Both the position numbers and the translations under genes were made by a program. The notes below the pieces were generated by a model. That model saw only the letters and a program-made list of their open reading frames with translations. It was not told the origin of the DNA and searched no databases. This document shows positions 15,758 through 25,877 of a stretch of DNA of 64,000 nt, in pieces. This DNA comes from Clostridiales bacterium UBA1775. GTDB lineage: Bacteria; Bacillota; Clostridia; Monoglobales; Firm-18. Numbering within the stretch: the stretch's first letter is position 1; the number at the start of each line of letters is the position of its first letter. The stretch lies in NCBI GenBank assembly GCA_002314595.1, contig DCGP01000041.1:273-64272 (forward strand), written 5' to 3'.

Positions 15758-17974
15758 TTACCTTGCGTATAAGCTTCTGTTTACAAATTCCATTTGAATA
15801 TCCTTATCAAGGGCAATGAATTTTGCAGAAAAGCCACAAACCCTTACAACTAAATCCTTGTGCCTTTCATGGTGAACCATTGCGTCCTTCATATCCTCTA
15901 CTGTGGCACAGTTAAGCTGCAAGGATTGAACGCCTGATTTTGCTATTGACCTTACCAAGCTTTCGCACAAGTCAAGTTCGTCTTTTTTAAATGACACTGT
16001 CATATTTATTACGCTGTTTCCACCATTTTCCGTTGTATCAATGTGCCTTATGGAATTTAAAATAGGTGTGGAATATTCCATAGAATGAATATGTGATGGA
16101 GCATAACCTCTTGCAAACCAATCGTTAGCCTTGCGACCGTCCGGAGTTGCCCTTAAATTTTTAATCCAATCGTACATTTCACGGTAAATCATATTGCCAA
16201 TGGTCATATTTGCATTCCACATAGCCTTTTCGTCTAATGCCAGAAGTGATAGGTCGTGATTAAATCTTTTTGCAAGATTACAGCTTTCTTCCTGTTCATC
16301 GCCAAAGTATCCACATTTTTTTGCAAGTGTGTGAATGTCCTCGTATCCCTGCCAATTTGCCTTTAATGCACTTACAAGCTTTTCAAGTGTTATCAGCTTT
16401 TTATCGTAGCAAAGCTCCTTAATTGCAAGCAATGAATCGATAGTATTTGTAAAGCCTGTGCATATAATTTCGTCAACGTAATATTTCATTCCACCGTTGG
16501 TATAGTCCTTTTTGCTTTGGATACAAGAGTCGCAAAGTGCAGAAATAACCATTAGCGGTGAAACTTGCTTCCACATTTTTCTGCCTATATTTGCTACGGT
16601 ACAACGAAAGTGCATAACGTTTTTGATATTTTCCAACATTAAAGCATAAAGCTCCTCAAAGGATTTTGGATTATCAAGGGTCTTGATTTCATCAACATTT
16701 CCATCCCCATATAGTGAAAGCTCTAATATTTTTAAAATATTAAAGTAACTGCAATGTTCATCCACCGATTGTGGAACGGTAGGCTCCCAACAGCCTAAAA
16801 CTCCGTAGTTCCTTGCATCATTCAGGCTTACGCCTCTCTTTAAAAGTGCCGGTATTTGAACGTCATCATTTTCGTATAATATATTGGACTTACCTGACAA
16901 AATATCTGCATTTATTGCGTCTAAATATTCCTTTGGCGAATCGGCACTAAACCTACATTTTAGTTTTGGAACAATAAGCTTTTCCTCTTTGTTTGCGCGT
17001 AAAAACATCAGTGTTACATCACTGCAAAAGGGCTTGCCCTCTAAATCACAGCCACCAAATGTAAATGAAAATGCAACATCAAATATGCCAAGGTCATCTT
17101 CGTCCTTAAAGACTCTGGCATACCACATTACGCAAAAATCTCTTACTAACTCGTATGCCTCTTCCTTGGTAAGTATACCCTTTTTAATATCATTTTCGTA
17201 GTATGGTGTTAGCAGGAAATCAATGCGTCCCATACCCTCCAAGCCAACGCCCTCCAAGCTTGAAATGACATTTTGACAAAATCCAAAGCAATTAAGTGCT
17301 TCAAAAAATGTCTTTGGTGGTTGCCAAGGTGAATTCTTTGCACATTCCATAATCAGTTTGTATCTTTTAATTTTTTGAGTATCGTCAGTTTCTTCTGCAA
17401 GTCTTTTTGCCTCTGCAACAAATTTTTCTTGAATTGTCCTTGCTGCCATAATGCCCATATCTGCATTTTGCAAAAAGTCCTTTTCTTCTTGGCTTTTACA
17501 ATCCTTTAAAGCATTAACAAGCTTGTTATGTATGCCACAAAAGCCCTCTTTTAAAACAGATTCTATATTAAGTGAAAAATGTTGCCTTTCGTCCCCTGCC
17601 CTGCCTGCAAAGGTATACAGCGGAATAGCCCGATACCTATTATTCTTTTCACCTATTTCTGTACCTAAACTTTCTTCAATTTTATGCTTGTTCTTCATAT
17701 ATGCCCAGCTGCCCGGAAGTATTCCGGAATATTCAATGCCCTCTGTTTTAGGTGGCAATGTGCCAAGCTCACAATAAAAGGGAGTGTTTTCAAAGATTTT
17801 TGCCCTACTTTCCTCTGCAATAACCTTATACATTACGCCCTTTTGCTTATATTCGTTCATTGCATCGGTTACTTCTTTGTCATAACGAGCCTTACATCTT
17901 TTTGCATAATTTTCAAAGATTTCTATAAGGTCTGTATAAAAATATTTTTTAAATTCTTCTCTTAATTTATTCAC
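15758..17974 (-). CDS. Divergent glycyl-radical enzyme (pyruvate formate-lyase-like / PFL2 superfamily), substrate unknown
   Basis: C-terminal glycyl-radical motif VVRVCGFSAKF (Gly codon 15835-15833). Thiyl-Cys loop VLGCWEP (Cys codon 16792-16790). The probable start is the GTG at 17974 (AGGTGAT 6 nt upstream). The track ATG at 18034 lies inside the purA terminator hairpin. Confidence 0.8.
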   Translation of the reverse strand: MNKLREEFKKYFYTDLIEIFENYAKRCKARYDKEVTDAMNEYKQKGVMYKVIAEESRAKIFENTPFYCELGTLPPKTEGIEYSGILPGSWAYMKNKHKIEESLGTEIGEKNNRYRAIPLYTFAGRAGDERQHFSLNIESVLKEGFCGIHNKLVNALKDCKSQEEKDFLQNADMGIMAARTIQEKFVAEAKRLAEETDDTQKIKRYKLIMECAKNSPWQPPKTFFEALNCFGFCQNVISSLEGVGLEGMGRIDFLLTPYYENDIKKGILTKEEAYELVRDFCVMWYARVFKDEDDLGIFDVAFSFTFGGCDLEGKPFCSDVTLMFLRANKEEKLIVPKLKCRFSADSPKEYLDAINADILSGKSNILYENDDVQIPALLKRGVSLNDARNYGVLGCWEPTVPQSVDEHCSYFNILKILELSLYGDGNVDEIKTLDNPKSFEELYALMLENIKNVMHFRCTVANIGRKMWKQVSPLMVISALCDSCIQSKKDYTNGGMKYYVDEIICTGFTNTIDSLLAIKELCYDKKLITLEKLVSALKANWQGYEDIHTLAKKCGYFGDEQEESCNLAKRFNHDLSLLALDEKAMWNANMTIGNMIYREMYDWIKNLRATPDGRKANDWFARGYAPSHIHSMEYSTPILNSIRHIDTTENGGNSVINMTVSFKKDELDLCESLVRSIAKSGVQSLQLNCATVEDMKDAMVHHERHKDLVVRVCGFSAKFIALDKDIQMEFVNRSLYAR

Positions 17975-17995
17975 TTTATAATCACCTGATTTCCG

Positions 17996-18034
17996 ATAAA
18001 AAATGCTATACTTAAATTTTAACAAGTATAGCAT
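17996..18034 (-). terminator. Intrinsic terminator of purA
   Basis: Reverse strand: ATGCTATACTT (18034-18024), 10-nt loop, AAGTATAGCAT (18013-18003), followed by TTTTTT. Confidence 0.75.
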
Positions 18035-18050
18035 ATAATGTCAATAGCAA

Positions 18051-19346
18051 TCAATTATTTAATTGAGATTCTCTGTAAATAATTTCATCTCTGCCGGGGC
18101 CGTTTGAAACTATCTTAATTGGGAAGCCAATTTCCTTTTCAACAAATTCGATATAGTTTCTGCAATTTTCAGGAAGCTTGTCATATTCCTTAATTCCTCT
18201 GATGTCGCACTTCCAACCCGGTAAAGTTTTAAGTACAGGCTTTGCAATGTTTAGTTTATCGGTTGTTGGGAATTCCTTTGTAACCTTGCCGTCGTATTCG
18301 TAGCCTACGCAAACAGAGATTTCGTCAAGATATCCCAAAACATCTAAAACTGTAAAAGCAACAGTTGTTGTGCCTTGTACCATACAGCCGTAACGAGTAG
18401 CAACGCAGTCAAACCAACCCATACGCCTTGGTCTGCCTGTTGTAGCACCAAATTCACCACCATCGCCACCTCTGCGTCTTAATTCGTCTGCTTCGTCCCC
18501 AAAGATTTCGGAAACAAATGCACCTGCGCCAACTGCTGATGAATAAGCCTTGGCAACTGTAATAATTTCCTTGATTTCATAAGGTGGAATACAAGCGCCG
18601 ATTGAACCAAAGCCTGCAAGTGTAGGTGATGATGTTGTGAAAGGATAGATACCAAAGTCCGGGTCCTTTAATGAACCTAATTGGCCTTCTAAAAGAATAT
18701 TTTTACCCTCTTTAATTGCATTGTGCATAAATTCTACTGAATTGATAACATAAGGGCGAATCATTTCACGATATTCCTTTAATGTTTCAAACATTTCGTC
18801 AACGTCAAGTAAAGGCTTGTGATAAACGTGCTCTAAAATCAAGTTCTTGATTTCCAAAACATTTTTAACCTTTTCATAAAGCTTGTCGTCCTCTTGTAGA
18901 AGCTCCCAAACTTGGAAGCCGATTTTTGAATATTTATCTGAGAAGAACGGAGCAATACCTGACTTTGTAGAGCCAAATTGTCTGTCTGAAAGACGTTCTT
19001 CCTCGTATGTATCAAATAATCTATGGTACGGCATTAAAACCTGTGTACGCTCTGAAACTACAATGTTTGGCTTTGGTACTCCACGGCTAACTACACTTTC
19101 AATTTCCTTAAACAATTCAGGAATATCAAGTGCAACACCATTGCCAATCATATTAACAACATTGCTGTTAAATGAACCTGATGGTAATAAATGTAATGCA
19201 AATTTACCATAGTTGTTGATAATTGTGTGGCCTGCATTTGCACCACCTTGGAATCTAATAACGATATCTGCATCTGCTGCTAACATATCAGTAATTTTAC
19301 CCTTGCCTTCGTCGCCCCAGTTTGCGCCTACTATTGCTTTTACCAT
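18051..19346 (-). CDS. purA: Adenylosuccinate synthase
   Basis: GDEGKGKITD P-loop and GGANAGHT. 431 aa. Confidence 0.95.
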   Translation of the reverse strand: MVKAIVGANWGDEGKGKITDMLAADADIVIRFQGGANAGHTIINNYGKFALHLLPSGSFNSNVVNMIGNGVALDIPELFKEIESVVSRGVPKPNIVVSERTQVLMPYHRLFDTYEEERLSDRQFGSTKSGIAPFFSDKYSKIGFQVWELLQEDDKLYEKVKNVLEIKNLILEHVYHKPLLDVDEMFETLKEYREMIRPYVINSVEFMHNAIKEGKNILLEGQLGSLKDPDFGIYPFTTSSPTLAGFGSIGACIPPYEIKEIITVAKAYSSAVGAGAFVSEIFGDEADELRRRGGDGGEFGATTGRPRRMGWFDCVATRYGCMVQGTTTVAFTVLDVLGYLDEISVCVGYEYDGKVTKEFPTTDKLNIAKPVLKTLPGWKCDIRGIKEYDKLPENCRNYIEFVEKEIGFPIKIVSNGPGRDEIIYRESQLNN

Positions 19347-19378
19347 ATTAAATCACACCCTCTATATAAAATATAATT

Positions 19379-20767
19379 TTAAACAAGTTTACGTCCCATT
19401 AACACGCCCATTACAGACGCCATCATAAGCCCACGTGTCCAACCTGATGAATCACCCAAACAATGAAGTCCCTTAATGTCTGTGTTAAGGTCTTTATCCA
19501 TTTTAACTCTGTTGCTGTAAAATTTAAGCTCAGGAGCATAAAGCAATGTTTCTGTTGAGGCAAAGCCCGGTACAACCTCGTCCATTGCCTTGATGAAGTT
19601 AATAATATTCATCATTGCCCTATATGGCATTGCAGCAGTAATATCCCCTGCAACTGCGTCCTTTAAGGTAGGCTTTACGTTAGATTCTGCCAATTCCTTT
19701 GGCCATGTGCGTTTGCCCTCTAAAATATCCCCAAACCTTTGAACTAATATATGACCTGCGCCCAACATATTTGACAGCTCTCCAACCTTTTGCGCATAGG
19801 CAATCGGTTGATTAAATGGTGTACTAAAATTATGAGAACAAAGTATTGCCAAGTTAGTATTATCCGACTTTAATTCCTTGTAGGAATGTCCGTTTACAAC
19901 AGCAAGGTTGTTGTCATAATTTTCTTGACTGACAAACCCACCCGGATTTTGACAGAAAGTACGTACTTTATTCTTCCAAGGAGCAGGATGACCAATAAGC
20001 TTTGATTCATACAAAACCTCGTTAACCTTTTCCATAATTTCGTTACGAACCTCTACACGCACGCCTATGTCAACTGTGCCCGGCTCGTGTGAAATGTTAT
20101 GCTCTGTGCAGATTTTTTCTAACCATTCTGCACCACGTCTGCCTGTTGCAACAACAGTTTGCTCTGCATCAATTTCAAGTGATTCCTTACCGTTTGTAAC
20201 AAATGCACCCTTGCAACAGTCCCCATCTAATTTGATATTTGTACATTCGTAACCAAACATCATTTCCACACCGTTTTTAAGTAAATACTGTTCTATTGAA
20301 TAGTATATGCTATGTGCCTTTTCCGTACCCATATGACGAATTGGGCAATCAACTAATTTAAGCCCTGCCTTAATGGCACGCTTACGAATTTCCTTAACCT
20401 CGTCAGGATTGCTTATACCCTCTATGTGAGTATCTGCACCAAATTCAAGGTAGATTTCATCTGTATAGTTAATTGTCTGCTGTGCTGCATCTTCACCTAT
20501 TAGGTTTGGCAAGTCCCCACCAACATCTGTGCTAAGTGATAGCTTGCCGTCTGAAAATGCACCGGCACCTGAAAAGCCTGTTGTAATGTGGCAATAGGGC
20601 TTGCAATTTAAGCACTTATCTGTTTTAGCCTTTGGGCAGCTGCGATTTTCAATAGCTGCGCCTTTTTCAACAATAAGGATTTTCCTTTTAGAACCTTTTT
20701 TTATCATCTCTATTGCAGTAAAGATGCCGGCAGGGCCGGCACCAATAATTAAAACATCTGTTTTCAT
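19379..20767 (-). CDS. FAD-dependent oxidoreductase (uncharacterised COG2509-like dehydrogenase)
   Basis: N-terminal dinucleotide fold DVLIIGAGPAGIFTA. 462 aa. Confidence 0.7.
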   Translation of the reverse strand: MKTDVLIIGAGPAGIFTAIEMIKKGSKRKILIVEKGAAIENRSCPKAKTDKCLNCKPYCHITTGFSGAGAFSDGKLSLSTDVGGDLPNLIGEDAAQQTINYTDEIYLEFGADTHIEGISNPDEVKEIRKRAIKAGLKLVDCPIRHMGTEKAHSIYYSIEQYLLKNGVEMMFGYECTNIKLDGDCCKGAFVTNGKESLEIDAEQTVVATGRRGAEWLEKICTEHNISHEPGTVDIGVRVEVRNEIMEKVNEVLYESKLIGHPAPWKNKVRTFCQNPGGFVSQENYDNNLAVVNGHSYKELKSDNTNLAILCSHNFSTPFNQPIAYAQKVGELSNMLGAGHILVQRFGDILEGKRTWPKELAESNVKPTLKDAVAGDITAAMPYRAMMNIINFIKAMDEVVPGFASTETLLYAPELKFYSNRVKMDKDLNTDIKGLHCLGDSSGWTRGLMMASVMGVLMGRKLV

Positions 20768-20841
20768 AAAAAACTTCCTTTTTATAGATATTATTTTATG
20801 CCAAAGGATATTATATCACATAACATAAAATAATGCAAATA

Positions 20842-21834
20842 TTATCTTTCCTCTCGGAAATAAGACAATCCCAAGCTTTCCGGAGCTTGATTTTCCTTTT
20901 TATTACGAATACTTGTAATTACCAAAACCACGATTGTAACTGCATAAGGCAACATTTCAAATAACTTTTTGGAGCTAACCGTAATGTTTGGAATATATGT
21001 TGGGATAACATACAAAGCACCAAACAGGAATGAACCAAAGATTGCAAGTGTCGGCCTCCATGTTGCGAAGATTACAAGTGCTATTGCCAACCAACCACGG
21101 TCCCCGAATGCGTTATTTGACCATACGCCGTTTGCGTAGTCCATTACATAGTATAAACCACCTAAGCCTGCAATTGCACTACCTATACAGGTTGAAACGT
21201 ACTTGTACTTTGTAACGTTAATACCTGCCGCATCGGCAGTTTTAGGATTTTCACCAATTGAACGAAGGTGAAGTCCAACTCTTGTCTTATTAAGAACCCT
21301 TGCGCAAACAAGTGCAACGATAATTGCAACATAGGTTAAAAAGCCATGTGATAGGAATATTTGACCAAACCAACCCAAGTTCTTTGCAAAGGGAAGTGAA
21401 GCCTTAAACAGATTACTTGTTGTTGTAAGTGCGATAGAAGGAACATCGCTGTTTGTAAGCTTAATAAGTGAGCCACCAAAGAAGTTACCTACACCAACAC
21501 CAAATGTTGTTAGTGCCAAGCCTGTAACATTTTGGTTTGCACGAAGTGTAACTGTTAAGAAGCAGTAAATCAAGCCCATTAAAACTGAACCTAAAACACA
21601 AGCAAAAAGTGGAATTAGAATACCAAGCACCGTGCTAAACTGTCCACCCTTTGTTGCGTCCTCATACAAGAATGCGCCGGCAACACCACTAATAGCACCT
21701 ACGTACATAATACCGGGTATACCAAGGTTTAGGTTACCTGACTTTTCTGTCATAATTTCGCCTGTTGAACCAAACAAAAGAGGAATACCTTGCATAATTG
21801 CACGTTGAATAATTGTAACGATTGCACTAAACAT
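20842..21834 (-). CDS. ABC transporter permease (BMP/nucleoside-type, second permease)
   Basis: Polytopic. Last gene of the operon with the BMP lipoprotein and a duplicated ATPase. Its start overlaps the stop of the upstream permease. Confidence 0.85.
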   Translation of the reverse strand: MFSAIVTIIQRAIMQGIPLLFGSTGEIMTEKSGNLNLGIPGIMYVGAISGVAGAFLYEDATKGGQFSTVLGILIPLFACVLGSVLMGLIYCFLTVTLRANQNVTGLALTTFGVGVGNFFGGSLIKLTNSDVPSIALTTTSNLFKASLPFAKNLGWFGQIFLSHGFLTYVAIIVALVCARVLNKTRVGLHLRSIGENPKTADAAGINVTKYKYVSTCIGSAIAGLGGLYYVMDYANGVWSNNAFGDRGWLAIALVIFATWRPTLAIFGSFLFGALYVIPTYIPNITVSSKKLFEMLPYAVTIVVLVITSIRNKKENQAPESLGLSYFREER

Positions 21835-22925
21835 TATTTATTCTCCCCTTTCGACTTTGTACGTTTAATTTGATAATTTAAGAAAAATTCAGAACCGATA
21901 ATAAAGAAGATAATAATACCTGTAATAATATCGGCATAAGAAGCATTCAAGCTAAATTGTTCGGAAATCTTTGTTGCACCATTTTCCATAAACACAATTA
22001 AGAATGAAGTTAAAATCATAAATATTGGATTGAATTTAGCAAGCCAAGAAACCATAATAGCAGTAAAGCCTCTGCCACCTGCTGTGTCTGCCTTTAACGA
22101 ATGGTCTGTGCCTGCAACCAAAAGCAACCCTGCAATACCACAAATTGCACCTGATAATGCAAGTGTACGAAGCACAACCTTTTTGTAATCAATACCTATA
22201 TAGTTGGCAGTATTTAGACTTTCACCAACAACTGTAATTTCGTAGCCGTGCTTACTCTTTTTAAGATATATATACATTATAAGCGTTAAAACTGCTACGA
22301 TAATAATATTTAGTAAATATTGTTTTCCAAAGAGAATTGGAAGCTGTCCCATTTCAAGAGGTCTTGGTGTACCTGAGCCCTTTGGCAAAGACCATTCCAA
22401 TGTAAAGTATGAAACTATTTGAATTGCAATATAGTTCATCATAAGTGTAAACAATGTTTCGTTTACATTCCATCTTGCCTTAAAATATGCAGGAATTACT
22501 GCCCAAATAATTGATGCCAAAACGCTGCATACTACCATAACCAATAAAAGTAGAGGAGTTGAAAGCTTGTCCCCTAAGAAAATCATACATGCAGCAGTTG
22601 CAAGACCACCGATAAGCACTTGACCTTCTGCGCCTAAGTTCCAGAATTTCATTTTAAATGCAGGTGTTACAGCAAGGGATACACATAATAGCATTGCAAC
22701 ACCTTGCAACAAGCTCCAAATTTTACGAGTTGTACCAAATGAGCCTAAAATCATTGACTGATATACTTTAATCGGATTTAACCCTGTTACTGATAATGTA
22801 ATTAAACCACACACAATCAAAGCAACTAAAACTGCAATCAATCTAACGCCCCATGACTTCCACCATACAAGGCTATCACGTTTAACTATATGAAACATTG
22901 GTTCTTTCATAAATAATTTAGTCAT
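21834..22925 (-). CDS. ABC transporter permease (BMP/nucleoside-type, first permease)
   Basis: Polytopic, 363 aa, in operon context. Confidence 0.85.
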   Translation of the reverse strand: MTKLFMKEPMFHIVKRDSLVWWKSWGVRLIAVLVALIVCGLITLSVTGLNPIKVYQSMILGSFGTTRKIWSLLQGVAMLLCVSLAVTPAFKMKFWNLGAEGQVLIGGLATAACMIFLGDKLSTPLLLLVMVVCSVLASIIWAVIPAYFKARWNVNETLFTLMMNYIAIQIVSYFTLEWSLPKGSGTPRPLEMGQLPILFGKQYLLNIIIVAVLTLIMYIYLKKSKHGYEITVVGESLNTANYIGIDYKKVVLRTLALSGAICGIAGLLLVAGTDHSLKADTAGGRGFTAIMVSWLAKFNPIFMILTSFLIVFMENGATKISEQFSLNASYADIITGIIIFFIIGSEFFLNYQIKRTKSKGENK

Positions 22926-22947
22926 TGTTGATTATCCTTTCTGTAAT

Positions 22948-24480
22948 TTATTCCTCATCAAATGATTTGGTCATAAGAAGTCCGACCTCTTCTTTGGTTG
23001 TAGTTCTTGCATCTACAATTCCTGCAACACGACCGTTACCGATAACCATAATTCTATCTGAAAGTGCAAGCAATACGTCTAAATCTTCACCTACGAAAAT
23101 TACTGCTACGCCCTTTTCTTTTTGTTTATTAAGTAGGTTGTAAATTGTGTAGGATGAGTTAATATCAAGACCTCTTACCGGATATGCTGCCATTAGCACT
23201 GTTGGAGACAATGCAATTTCACGACCTACCAGAACCTTTTGAACGTTACCACCTGAAAGGCGTCTAACCGGAGTTTCAATACTTGGTGTTACTACATCAA
23301 GCTTTTCAACAATATCCTCTGCAAGTGATTTAGGCCCTTTTCTTGACAAGAACATTGACTTTCCCTTTTTGTAGCTACGAAGCATCATATTGTCGGTAAT
23401 GTCCATATTACCAACAAGCCCCATACCTAATCTGTCCTCAGGAACAAAGGCAAGCCTAACACCTAATTCCTTAATTTGAACAGGAGTTTTGTTCCTTAAA
23501 TTTTCGCTTGCACCGGTCTTTGGATTGATATATGTAATAGCACCTTTATTTAGTCTTTGCAAGCCGGCAATAGATTCTAAAAGCTCACGCTGTCCACTGC
23601 CTGAAATACCTGCAATGCCTAAAATTTCCCCTGAACGAGCCGTAAAAGTAACATTGTCCAAAACTTTAAGTCCATCACGATTTTTACACATTACATTTTC
23701 AACAATAAGCCTGTCTTTAACGTCCTTTGGCTCTGTTCTGTCAATGTTAAGAGTTATCTTTTTACCAACCATCATTTCGGTAAGTATGCTTTCGTTAGCG
23801 TCCTTTGTTTCGATTGAGCCTATGTATTCACCTTTACGAAGTACGGAAACTCTGTCGGACAAAGCCAAAACCTCATTAAGCTTGTGAGTAATAATAACAA
23901 TAGACTTGCCACTTTCACGCATACGACGTAAAATGTTAAACAACACCTTAATTTCTTGTGGTGTTAACACAGCAGTAGGCTCGTCCAAAATCAAAATATC
24001 TGCACCACGGAACAAAACCTTGATAATTTCAACAGTTTGCTTTTCGGAAACTGACATTTCATAAATCTTTTTGTTAATATCAATATCAAAGCCGTACTCT
24101 TCGCAAATCTTGTTGATTTCCTTTGAATATTCGGCAATAGAAAACTTTTTACCGTCCTGCAAGCCCAAAACTATATTTTCAGCGGCAGAGAAAACATCAA
24201 CTAATTTAAAATGCTGATGTACCATACCGATTTTTAGATCAAATGCGTCCTTTGGTGAACGGATTGAAACCTCTTTACCGTCAACAAAGATTTGCCCTTC
24301 GTCAGGAAAATATATGCCGGCAATCATATTCATAAGAGTAGTCTTACCACTTCCATTTTCCCCTAAAACCGACAAAATTTCGCCACGATTGATAGTCATT
24401 GAAACATTTTTGTTTGCAATAACCTTGGTGCCGAAAGCCTTAGTTATATTTTTTAATTCAATAGCAGGTGTTTTTTCCAC
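22948..24480 (-). CDS. ABC transporter ATP-binding protein with two fused ATPase domains
   Basis: Walker A GENGSGKTT, a second-domain P-loop GISGSGQ, and signature LSGGNVQK. The likely start is the GTG at 24480 (GGAGGT 6 nt upstream); the track start is a TTG at 24498. Confidence 0.9.
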   Translation of the reverse strand: MEKTPAIELKNITKAFGTKVIANKNVSMTINRGEILSVLGENGSGKTTLMNMIAGIYFPDEGQIFVDGKEVSIRSPKDAFDLKIGMVHQHFKLVDVFSAAENIVLGLQDGKKFSIAEYSKEINKICEEYGFDIDINKKIYEMSVSEKQTVEIIKVLFRGADILILDEPTAVLTPQEIKVLFNILRRMRESGKSIVIITHKLNEVLALSDRVSVLRKGEYIGSIETKDANESILTEMMVGKKITLNIDRTEPKDVKDRLIVENVMCKNRDGLKVLDNVTFTARSGEILGIAGISGSGQRELLESIAGLQRLNKGAITYINPKTGASENLRNKTPVQIKELGVRLAFVPEDRLGMGLVGNMDITDNMMLRSYKKGKSMFLSRKGPKSLAEDIVEKLDVVTPSIETPVRRLSGGNVQKVLVGREIALSPTVLMAAYPVRGLDINSSYTIYNLLNKQKEKGVAVIFVGEDLDVLLALSDRIMVIGNGRVAGIVDARTTTKEEVGLLMTKSFDEE

Positions 24481-24544
24481 TTGAATACCTCCAATCAATT
24501 TTCTTTGGAAAAGGTGCAGAAAAATGCTGTACCCTTTACAAAAA

Positions 24545-24590
24545 ACATAAAAACCAAATAGGTGGAGAAGAAACCTACCCCACCTATAAG
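24545..24590 (-). terminator. Intra-operon hairpin (partial terminator/attenuator) between the binding-protein gene and the ATPase gene
   Basis: Stem ATAGGTGG (24587-24580) / CCACCTAT (24565-24558) on the reverse strand, followed by TTGGTTTTT. Confidence 0.45.
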
Positions 24591-24608
24591 TTTTTATTAA
24601 ATTAAATT

Positions 24609-25817
24609 TTAGAACATTTCGTTAAGAAGTGTAATACCGTCAATTCTTAAATCAAAGCATGGTGCTGAACGGAATTTAGATTCTGCAAATACGCCATTTT
24701 CGATAACTTCTGTATCAGGTGTATAAGCTTCGTCTGTGTCAACGTCAGCCTTGTAAGATGTAAGTGTCTTACCTTCAACTGTAAATGTCTTTGTATCAAA
24801 TACATTTAAAGTACCGTCAACAATTGCCTTTTTAACTTCTTCAAGCTTTTCTTTTGTACCCTTTGCAGCAGCCTTTTCGTTAATTTCTGAAAGTTCAACT
24901 GAGCCCTCAGCTATACCCTTAGACCAGTCTACATCAATCTTTGTACCATCTTTAACAGAGTTAATCATATATACAAAGTATGGAGCCCAGTTAATTCTTG
25001 ATGAAACGATGAATGTGTTTGGACAAGCTGAAACTGTGCTACCGTTGTATGAAACGTTAGGAACGTTTGCATTTTCGCAAGCTGTTGGAGCACCCCATGA
25101 GTCAGCATGTTGGCTGATTAGCTTACAACCATTGTTGATAAGCTTTGTAGCAGCTTCTTTTTCCAAAGCTTCGTCATACCATGTGCCTGTAAATTGTACT
25201 TCCATTGTAACTGTTGGGCAAACTGAACGAGCACCTAAGAAGAATGATGTGTAACCTGACATAACCTCAGCGTATGTGAAAGCACCAACATAACCCATCT
25301 TAGCTTCGTCAGCTGTAAATTCGCCGTTTGCAATCATTTCGTTTAATTTTAAGCCTGCTGCAACACCTGCAAGGTAACGACCTTCGTAGATATTAGCAAA
25401 TGCGTTGTGTAAGTTGTCTAAGCCTGCTGTGTGAGCTGTTGTACCTGTTGCATGGCAGAATTGAACATTCGGGAATTCTTTTGCAGCCTTTGCAATAAAT
25501 GGTTCATGACCGAAGCTGTCAGCAAATACTACGCTACAACCTTGGTCTGCAAGGTCTGCTGCTGCTTCGTAACATTCATTACCTTCAGGAATGTTTGTTT
25601 TAAAGATAACTTGGTCATCTGTAAGACCTAATTCTTTTTTAGCTTCCTCAGCTGCTACCATAAAGTTCTTGTCGTAAGTTGAGTTTTCATCGTGTAAGAA
25701 AATGAAACCTACTTTAAAATCTGAAGAACCTTCGTTTGAACTACCACAACCTGTAAAAGCAACGCAAAGTGTAAGTAGCATTGCAACTACAAGTACCAAT
25801 GAAATAATTTTTTTCAT
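24609..25817 (-). CDS. BMP-family (PnrA/Med-like) ABC substrate-binding lipoprotein, probable nucleoside binding
   Basis: MKKIISLVLVVAMLLTLCVAFTGC lipoprotein signal (lipobox FTGC). Start at 25817 with GAGGAGG RBS. The track ORF has 8 extra upstream codons. Confidence 0.85.
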   Translation of the reverse strand: MKKIISLVLVVAMLLTLCVAFTGCGSSNEGSSDFKVGFIFLHDENSTYDKNFMVAAEEAKKELGLTDDQVIFKTNIPEGNECYEAAADLADQGCSVVFADSFGHEPFIAKAAKEFPNVQFCHATGTTAHTAGLDNLHNAFANIYEGRYLAGVAAGLKLNEMIANGEFTADEAKMGYVGAFTYAEVMSGYTSFFLGARSVCPTVTMEVQFTGTWYDEALEKEAATKLINNGCKLISQHADSWGAPTACENANVPNVSYNGSTVSACPNTFIVSSRINWAPYFVYMINSVKDGTKIDVDWSKGIAEGSVELSEINEKAAAKGTKEKLEEVKKAIVDGTLNVFDTKTFTVEGKTLTSYKADVDTDEAYTPDTEVIENGVFAESKFRSAPCFDLRIDGITLLNEMF

Positions 25818-25877
25818 AAATCCTCCTCTGCCTTTCGGCACTTTAAAATATATTTGTAAAAAATTTTACATTAAAAA

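Noticed and set aside
15531-15797. Track ORFs lying across the repeat loci: 15531-15797 (+), 15545-15748 (-), 42706-42909 (+), 44994-45188 (+).
   Set aside because: They consist of repeat or hairpin sequence, lack RBSs and overlap terminators or the ends of real genes. Their 'proteins' are low-complexity read-throughs of palindromes.
17975-18034. ATG at 18034 as start of the glycyl-radical enzyme.
   Set aside because: The ATG is part of the 11-bp arm of the purA terminator hairpin and has no RBS. The GTG at 17974 has AGGTGAT at proper spacing.
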